Shown piece by piece: positions 52,801 through 64,000 of a stretch of DNA of 64,000 nt. The notes under the pieces were generated by a model. It ran no database searches. It worked only from the letters and a program-made list of their open reading frames with translations, and had not been told where the DNA came from. Position 1 is the stretch's first letter. Every line of letters begins with the position of its first letter. Made by a program: the position numbers and the translations under genes. The DNA comes from Eledone cirrhosa (Eukaryota): positions 258,354,001 through 258,418,000 of the forward strand of contig OZ024743.1 in the NCBI GenBank assembly GCA_964016885.1, in the 5' to 3' direction.

Positions 52801-55800
52801 CTATTAACATCATCATCACTATTACCATTGTCATTACTATTACCATTGTCATCACTATTATCATTGTCTTCACTATTATCATTGTCATCACTATTACCAT
52901 TGTCATCACTATTACAATTGTCATCACTATTACCATTGTCATCACTATTATCATTGTCATCACTATTACCATTGTCATCACTATTACCATTGTCATCACT
53001 ATTACAATTGTCATCACTATTACCATTGTCATCACTATTACCATTGTCATCACTATTATCATTGTCATCACTATTACCATTGTCATCACTATTCATTGTC
53101 ATCACTATTACCATTGTCATCCCTATTACAATTGTCATCACTATTACCATTGTCATCACTATTATCATTGTCATCACTATTACCATTGTCATCACTATTA
53201 CCATTGTCATCACTATTACAATTGTCATCACTATTACCATTGTCATCACTATTACCATTGTCATCACTATTACCATTGTCATCACTATTATCATTGTCAT
53301 CACTATTACCATTGTCATCACTATTACCATCGTCATCACTATTATCATTGTCATCACTATTACCATTGTCATCACTATTACCATTGTCATCACTATTATC
53401 ATTGTCATCACTATTATCATTGTCATCACTATTATCATTGTCATCACTATTATCAACGTCATGACTATTATCATCGTCATCACTATCACCATTGTCATCA
53501 CTATTACCATTGTCATCACTATTATCATTGTCATCACTATTATCATTGTCATCACTATTATCATTGTCATCACTATTACCATTGTCATCACTATTACCAT
53601 TGTCATCACTAGTATCATTGTCATCACTATTACCATCGTCATCACTATTATCATTGTCATCACTATTATCATTGTCATCACTATTACCATTGTCATCACT
53701 ATTATCATTGTCATCACTATTATCATTGTCATCACTATTATCATTGTCATCACTATTACCATTGTCATCACTATTACCATTGTCATCGCTAGTATCATTG
53801 TCATCACTATTACCATCGTCATCACTATTATCATTGTCATCACTATTATCATTGTCATCACTATTACCATTGTCATCACTATTATCATTGTCATCACTAT
53901 TATCATTGTCATCACTATTATCAACGTCATGACTATTATCATCGTCATGACTATTACCATTGTCATCACTATTACCATTGTCATCACTATTATCATTGTC
54001 ATCACTATTATCATTGTCATCACTATTATCACTGTCATCACTATTACCATTGTCATCACTATTAACATTGTCATCACTAGTATCATTGTCATCACTATTA
54101 CCATCGTCATCACTATTAACATTGTCATCATTATTATCATTGTCATCACTATTACCATTGTCATCACTATTATCATTGTCATCACTATTATCATTGTCAT
54201 CACTATTATCATTGTCATCACTATTATCATTGTCATCACTATTACCATTGTCATCACTATTACCATTGCCATGACTAGTATCATTGTCATCACTATTACC
54301 ATCGTCATCACTATTATCATTGTCATCATTATTATCATTGTCATCACTATTACCATTGTCATCACTATTATCATTGTCATCACTATTATCATTGTCATCA
54401 CTATTATCATTGTCATCACTCTTATCATTGTCATCACTATTACCATTGTCATCACTATTACCATTGCCATGACTAGTATCATTGTCATCACTATTACCAT
54501 CGTCATCACTATTATCATTGTCATCACTATTATCATCGTCATCCCTATTACCATTGTCATCACTATTACCATCGTCATCTCTATTATCATTGTCATCACT
54601 ATTGCCATTGTCATCACTATTATCATTGTCATCACTATTGCCATTGTCATCACTATTATCATTGTCATCACTATTATCATTGTCATCACTATTAACATCG
54701 TCATCACTATTATCATTGTCATCACTATTATCATTGTCATCACTATTATCATTGTCATCACTATTATCATTGTCATCACTATTACCATCGTCATCACTAT
54801 TATCATTGTCATCACTATTATCATCGTCATCCCTATTACCATTGTCATCACTATTACCATCGTCATCACTATTACCATTGTCATCACTATTACCATTGTC
54901 ATCACTATTACCATTGTCATCACTATTACCATCGTCATCTCTATTATCATTGTCATCACTATTGCCATTGTCATCACTATTACCATTGTCATCACTATTA
55001 CCATCGTCATCTCTATTATCATTGTCATCACTATTGCCATTGTCATCACTATTATCATTGTCATCACTATTGCCATTGTCATCACTATTATCATTGTCAT
55101 CACTATTATCATTGTCATCACTATTAACATCGTCATCACTATTATCATTGTCATCACTATTATCATCGTCATCCCTATTACCATTGTCATCACTATTACC
55201 ATCGTCATCACTATTACCATTGTCATCACTATTGCCATTGTCATCACTATTACCATTGTCATCACTATTACCATCGTCATCTCTATTATCATTGTCATCA
55301 CTATTGCCATTGTCATCACTATTACCATTGTCATCACTATTACCATCGTCATCTCTATTATCATTGTCATCACTATTGCCATTGTCATCACTATTACCAT
55401 TGTCATCACTATTACCATCGTCATCTCTATTATCATTGTCATCACTATTGCCATTGTCATCACTATTATCATTGTCATCACTATTGCCATTGTCATCACT
55501 ATTATCATTGTCATCACTATTATCATTGTCATCACTATTACCATTGTCATCACTATTATCATTGTCATCACTATTATCATCGTCATCCCTATTACCATTG
55601 TCATCACTATTACCATCGTCATCACTATTACCATTGTCATCACTATTACCATTGTCATCACTATTACCATTGTCATCACTATTACCATCGTCATCTCTAT
55701 TATCATTGTCATCACTATTGCCATTGTCATCCCTATTACCATTGTCATCACTATTACCATCGTCATCTCTATTATCATTGTCATCACTATTGCCATTGTC

Positions 55801-58800
55801 ATCACTATTATCATTGTCATCACTATTGCCATTGTCATCACTATTATCATTGTCATCACTATTATCATTGTCATCACTATTAACATCGTCATCACTATTA
55901 TCATTGTCATCACTATTATCATCGTCATCCCTATTACCATTGTCATCACTATTACCATCGTCATCACTATTACCATCGTCATCACTATTATCATTGTCAT
56001 CACTATTATCATCGTCATCCCTATTACCATTGTCATCACTATTACCATTGTCATCCCTATTACCATTGTCATCACTATTACCATTGTCATCACTATTACC
56101 ATTGTCATCACTATTACCATCGTCATCTCTATTATCATTGTCATCACTATTGCCATTGTCATCACTATTACCATTGTCATCACTATTACCATTGTCATCA
56201 CTATTACCATTGTCATCACTATTATCATTGTCATCACTATTACCATTGTCATCACTATTCATTGTCATCACTATTACCATTGTCATCCCTATTACAATTG
56301 TCATCACTATTACCATCGTCATCACTATTATCATTGTCATCACTATTACCATTGTCATCACTATTACCATTGTCATCACTATTACCATGGTCATCACTAT
56401 TATCATTGTCATCACTATTACCATGGTCATCACTATTATCATTGTCATCACTATTACCATTGTCATCACTATTAACATCGTCATCACTATTACCATCGTC
56501 ATCACTATTACCATTGTCATCACTATTATCATTGTCATCACTATTACCATTGTCATCACTATTCATTGTCATCACTATTACCATTGTCATCCCTATTACA
56601 ATTGTCATCACTATTACCATCGTCATCACTATTATCATTGTCATCACTATTACCATTGTCATCATTATTACCATTGTCATCACTATTACCATTGTCATCA
56701 CTATTACCATCGTCATCACTATTATCATTGTCATCACTATTACCATTGTCATCACTATTACCATTGTCATCACTATTACCATTGTCATCACTATTACCAT
56801 CGTCATCACTATTATCATTGTCATCACTATTACCATTGTCATCACTATTACCATTGTCATCACTATTACCATTGTCATCACTATTATCATTGTCATCACC
56901 ATTATCATTGTCATGACTATTATCATCGTCATCACTATTACCATTGTCATCACTATTACCATTGTCATCACTATTATCATTGTCATCACTATTATCATTG
57001 TCATCACTATTATCATTGTCATCACTATTATCATTGTCATCACTATTACAATTGTGATCAATATTACCATTGTCATCACTATTATCATTGTCATCACTAT
57101 TATCATTGTCATCACTATTATCATTGTCATCACTATTATCATTGTCATCACTATTACCATTGTCATCACTATTACCATCGTCATCATTATTATCATTGTC
57201 ATCACTATTACCATTGTCATCACTATTACCATTGTCATCACTATTATCATCGTCATGACTATTACCATTGTCATCACTATTATCATTGTCATCACTATTA
57301 CCATCGCCATCACTATTACCATTGTCATCACTATTACCATTGTCATCACTATTACCATTGTCATCACTATTATCATCGTCATCATTATTATCATTGTCAT
57401 CACTATTACCATTGTCATCACTATTATCATCGTCATCACTATTATCATTGTCATCACTATTACCATTGATATCACTATTACCATTGTCATCACTATTACC
57501 ATTGTCATCACTATTATCATCGTCATGACTATTACCATTGTCATCACTATTACCATTGTCATCACTATTACCATTGTCATCACTATTACCATTGTCATCA
57601 CTATTACCATTGTCATCACTATTATCATTGTCATCACTATTACCATTGTCATCACTATTACCATCGTCATCACTATTATCATTGTCATCACTATTACCAT
57701 TGTCATCACTATTACCATTGTCATCACTATTATCATTGTCATCACTATTATCATTGTCATCAATATTATCATTGTCATCACTATTATCAACGTCATGACT
57801 ATTATCATCGTCATCACTATCACCATTGTCATCACTATTACCATTGTCATCACTATTATCATTGTCATCACTATTATCATTGTCATCACTATTATCATTG
57901 TCATCACTATTACCATCGTCATCACTATTATCATTGTCATCACTATTATCATTGTCATCACTATTACCATTGTCATCACTATTATCATTGTCATCACTAT
58001 TATCATTGTCATCACTATTATCAACGTCATGACTATTATCATCGTCATGACTATTACCATTGTCATCACTATTACCATTGTCATCACTATTATCATTGTC
58101 ATCACTATTATCATTATCATCACTATTATCATTGTCATCACTATTATCACTGTCATCACTATTACCATTGTCATCACTATTAACATTGTCATCACTAGTA
58201 TCATTGTCATCACTATTACCATCGTCATCACTATTATCATTGTCATCATTATTATCATTGTCATCACTATTACCATTGTCATCACTATTATCATTGTCAT
58301 CACTATTATCATTGTCATCACTATTATCATTGTCATCACTATTATCATTGTCATCACTATTACCATTGTCATCACTATTATCATTGTCATCACTATTACC
58401 ATTGTCATCACTATTATCATTGTCATCACTATTATCATTGTCATCACTATTACCATTGTCATCACTATTATCATCGTCATCACTATTACCATTGTCATCA
58501 CTATTACCATCGTCATCACTATTATCTTTGTCATCACTATTATCATTGTCATCACTCTTATCATTGTCATCACTATTACCATTGTCATCACTATTACCAT
58601 TGCCATGACTAGTATCATTGTCATCACTATTACCATCGTCATCACTATTATCATTGTCATCACTATTATCATCGTCATCCCTATTACCATTGTCATCACT
58701 ATTACCATCGTCATCTCTATTATCATTGTCATCACTATTGCCATTGTCATCACTATTATCATTGTCATCACTATTGCCATTGTCATCACTATTATCATTG

Positions 58801-61800
58801 TCATCACTATTATCATTGTCATCACTATTAACATCGTCATCACTATTATCATTGTCATCACTATTATCATTGTCATCACTATTATCATTGTCATCACTAT
58901 TATCATTGTCATCACTATTACCATCGTCATCACTATTATCATTGTCATCACTATTATCATCGTCATCCCTATTACCATTGTCATCACTATTACCATCGTC
59001 ATCACTATTACCATTGTCATCCCTATTACCATTGTCATCACTATTACCATTGTCATCACTATTACCATTGTCATCACTATTACCATCGTCATCTCTATTA
59101 TCATTGTCATCACTATTGCCATTGTCATCACTATTACCATTGTCATCACTATTACCATTGTCATCACTATTACCATTGTCATCACTATTATCATTGTCAT
59201 CACTATTACCATTGTCATCACTATTCATTGTCATCACTATTACCATTGTCATCACTATTAACATCGTCATCACTATTACCATCGTCATCACTATTACCAT
59301 TGTCATCACTATTATCATTGTCATCACTATTACCATTGTCATCACTATTCATTGTCATCACTATTACCATTGTCATCCCTATTACAATTGTCATCACTAT
59401 TACCATCGTCATCACTATTATCATTGTCATCACTATTACCATTGTCATCATTATTACCATTGTCATCACTATTACCATTGTCATCACTATTACCATCGTC
59501 ATCACTATTATCATTGTCATCACTATTACCATTGTCATCACTATTACCATCGTCATCACTATTATCATTGTCATCACTATTACCATTGTCATCACTATTA
59601 CCATTGTCATCACTATTACCATTGTCATTACTATTATCATTGTCATCACTATTATCATTGTCATGACTATTATCATCGTCATCACTATTACCATTGTCAT
59701 CACTATTATCATTGTCATCACTATTATCATTGTCATCACTATTATCATTGTCATCACTATTACAATTGTGATCAATATTACCATTGTCATCACTATTATC
59801 ATTGTCATCACTATTATCATTGTCATCACTATTATCATTGTCATCACTATTATCATTGTCATCACTATTACCATTGTCATCACTATTACCATCGTCATCA
59901 TTATTATCATTGTCATCACTATTACCATTGTCATCACTATTACCATTGTCATCACTATTATCATCGTCATGACTAATACCATTGTCATCACTATTATCAT
60001 TGTCATCACTATTACCATCGCCATCACTATTACCATTGTCATCACTATTACCATTGTCATCACTATTACCATTGTCATCACTATTATCATCGTCATCACT
60101 ATTATCATTGTCATCACTATTACCATTGTCATCACTATTATCATCGTCATCACTATTATCATTGTCATCACTATTACCATTGATATCACTATTACCATTG
60201 TCATCACTATTATCATTGTCATCACTATTATCATCGTCATCACTATTACCATTGTCATCTGTCATCACTATTATCATTGTCATCACTATTACCATCGTCA
60301 TTACTATTACCATTGTCATCACTATTATCATCGTCATCACTATTATCATTGTCATCACTATTACCATTGTCATCACTATTACCATTGTCATCACTATTAC
60401 CATTGTTATCACTATTCATTGTCATCACTATTACCATTGTCATCACTATTACCATTGTCATCACTATTACCATTGTCATCACTATTCATTGTCATCACTA
60501 TTACCATTGTCATCACTATTACCATTGTCATCACTATTACCATTGTCATCACTATTAACATCATCATCACTATTACCATTGTCATCACTATTACCATTGG
60601 CATCACTATTCATTGTCATCACTATTATCATTGTCATCACTATTACCATTGTCATCACTATTCATTGTCATCACTATTACCATTGTCATCCCTATTACAA
60701 TTGTCATCACTATTACCATTGTCATCACTATTATCATTGTCATCACTATTACCATTGTCATCACTATTACCATTGTCATCACTATTACAATTGTCATCAC
60801 TATTATCATTGTCATCACTATTACCATTGTCATCACTATTACCATCGTTATCACTATTATCATTGTCATCACTATTACCATTGTCATCACTATTACCATT
60901 GTCATCACTATTATCATTGTCATCACTATTATCATTGTCATCACTATTATCATTGTCATCACTATTATCAACGTCATGACTATTATCATCGTCATCACTA
61001 TCACCATTGTCATCACTATTACCATTGTCATCACTATTATCATTGTCATCACTATTATCATTGTCATCACTATTATCATTGTCATCACTATTACCATTGT
61101 CATCACTATTACCATTGTCATCACTAGTATCATTGTCATCACTATTACCATCGTCATCACTATTATCATTGTCATCACTATTATCATTGTCATCACTATT
61201 ACCATTGTCATCACTATTATCATTGTCATCACTATTATCATTGGCATCACTATTATCATTGTCATCACTATTACCATTGTCATCACTATTATCATTGTCA
61301 TCACTATTACCATTGTCATCACTATTATCATTGTCATCACTATTATCATTGTCATCACCATTACCATTGTCATCACTATTATCATTGTCATCACTATTAT
61401 CATTGTCATCACTATTACCATTGTCATCACTATTATCATTGTCATCACTATTACCATCGTCATCACTATTATCATTGTCATCACTATTTCCATTGTCATC
61501 ACTATTATCATCGTCATGACTATTACCATTGTCATCACTATTATCATTGTCATCACTATTACCATTGTCATCACTATTATCATCGTCATGGCTATTACCA
61601 TTGTCATCACTATTATCATCGTCATGACTATTACCATTGTCATCACTATTATCATTGTCATCACTATTACCATTGTCATCACTATTACCATTGTCATCAC
61701 TATTACCATTGTCATCACTATTATCATCGTCATGACTATTACCATTGTCATCACTAATACCATCGTCATCACTATTACCATTGTCATCACTATTATCATC

Positions 61801-64000
61801 GTCATCACTATTACCATTGTCATCACTATTACCATTGTCATCACTATTATCATCGTCATCACTATTATCATTGTCATCACTACTACCATTGTCATCACTA
61901 TTACCATTGTCATCACTATTATCATCGTCATGACTATTATCATTGTCATGACTATTACCATTGTCATCACTAGTATCATTGTCATCACTATTACCATCGT
62001 CATCACTATTATCATTGTCATCACTATTATCATTGTCATCACTATTACCATTGTCATCACTATTATCATTGTCATCACTATTACCATTGTCATCACTATT
62101 ATCATCGTCATGACTATTATTATTGTCATCACTATTACCATTGTCATCACTATTACCATTGTCATCACTATTATCATCGTCATGACTATTACCATTGTCA
62201 TCACTATTATCATTGTCATCACTATTACCATTGTCATCACTATTCATCGTCATCACTATTACCATTGTCATCCCTATTACCATTGTCATTACTATTATCA
62301 TTGTCATCACTATTATCATCGTCATCACTATTACCATTGTCATCACTATTATCATTGTCATCACTATTACCATTTTCATCACTATTCATTGTCATCACTA
62401 TTACCATTGTCATCACTATTACCGTTGTCCTCACTATTACCATTGTCATCACTATTACCATTGTCATCACTATTACCATCGTCATCACTATTATTATTGT
62501 CATCACTATTACCATTGTCATCACTATTACCATTGTCATCACTATTACCATTGTCATCACTATTATCATTGTCATCACTATTACAATTGTGATCACTATT
62601 ACCATTGTCATCACTATTATCATTGTCATCACTATTATCATTGTCATCACTATTACCATTGTCATCACTATTACCATTGTCATCACTATTATCATTGTCA
62701 TCACTATTACCATTGTCATCACTATTCATTGTCATCACTATTACCATTGTCATCACTATTACCATTGTCATCACTATTCATTGTCATCACTATTACCATT
62801 GTCATCACTATTCATCGTCATCACTATTACCATTGTCATCCCTATTACCATTGTCATTACTATTATCATTGTCATCACTATTATCATCGTCATCACTATT
62901 ACCATTGTCATCACTATTATCATTGTCATCACTATTACCATTTTCATCACTATTCATTGTCATCACTATTACCATTGTCATCACTATTACCATTGTCATC
63001 ACTATTACCATTGTCATCACTATTACCATTGTCATCACTATTATCATCGTCATCACTATTATCATTGTCATCACTATTACCATTGTCATCACTATTACCA
63101 TTGTCATCACTATTACCATTGTCATCACTATTCATTGTCATCACTATTACCATTGTCATCACTATTACCATTGTCATCACTATTACCATTGTCATCACTA
63201 TTCATTGTCATCACTATTACCATTGTCATCACTATTACCATTGTCATCACTATTACCATTGTCATCACTATTAACATCATCATCACTATTACCATTGTCA
63301 TCACTATTACCATTGGCATCACTATTCATTGTCATCACTATTATCATTGTCATCACTATTACCATTGTCATCACTATTCATTGTCATCACTATTACCATT
63401 GTCATCCCTATTACAATTGTCATCACTATTACCATTGTCATCACTATTATCATTGTCATCACTATTACCATTGTCATCACTATTACCATTGTCATCACTA
63501 TTACAATTGTCATCACTATTACCATTGTCATCACTATTACCATTGTCATCACTATTACCATTGTCATCACTATTATCATTGTCATCACTATTACCATTGT
63601 CATCACTATTACCATCGTTATCACTATTATCATTGTCATCACTATTACCATTGTCATCACTATTACCATTGTCATCACTATTATCATTGTCATCACTATT
63701 ATCATTGTCATCACTATTATCATTGTCATCACTATTATCAACGTCATGACTATTATCATCGTCATCACTATCACCATTGTCATCACTATTACCATTGTCA
63801 TCACTATTATCATTGTCATCACTATTATCATTGTCATCACTATTATCATTGTCATCACTATTACCATTGTCATCACTATTACCATTGTCATCACTAGTAT
63901 CATTGTCATCACTATTACCATCGTCATCACTATTATCATTGTCATCACTATTATCATTGTCATCACTATTACCATTGTCATCACTATTATCATTGTCATC
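49900..64000. repeat. 18-bp satellite CATTGTCATCACTATTA(C/T), roughly 780 copies, continues past the window end
   Basis: Direct reading; recurrent point variants and a 16-bp deletion variant (CACTATTCATTG). Confidence 0.97.

Noticed and set aside
49881-64000. ORFs up to 1357 aa, including Asp/Asn/Ser-rich (DDNGNS)n resembling acidic biomineral proteins
   Set aside because: The 18-mer is stop-free in five frames, none of the DDNGNS codons is one substitution from a stop, and frequent 16-bp units shift the frame; no unique coding flank or signal peptide.

Overview
AT-rich, microsatellite-dense eukaryotic DNA. The SINE/LINE content suggests a coleoid cephalopod (Octopus-like), which is an inference. 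I see no intact host gene; nearly all long ORFs in the track are translations of simple repeats. Main contents: (i) many Penelope-like element (PLE) remnants, mostly sitting in (TA)n tracts, several carrying readable type I hammerhead ribozymes (HHR) and many forming fold-back palindromes or partial tandems; (ii) a full-length but disrupted 4.2-kb hAT transposon (14620-18844) inserted at the cleavage site of one hammerhead, with the empty site preserved nearby; (iii) a 5.1-kb head-to-tail array of non-autonomous Helitrons (41954-47054); (iv) a >14-kb 18-bp satellite running off the window end; (v) SINEs, MITEs, and RTE and RLE-type LINE fragments. The best candidate for new biology is the set of (TA)n-associated hammerhead mini-elements: in the shortest ones the palindrome axis falls in hammerhead stem II, and different families share a terminal motif and one orientation. 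All ribozyme folds were read by eye and none has been tested.
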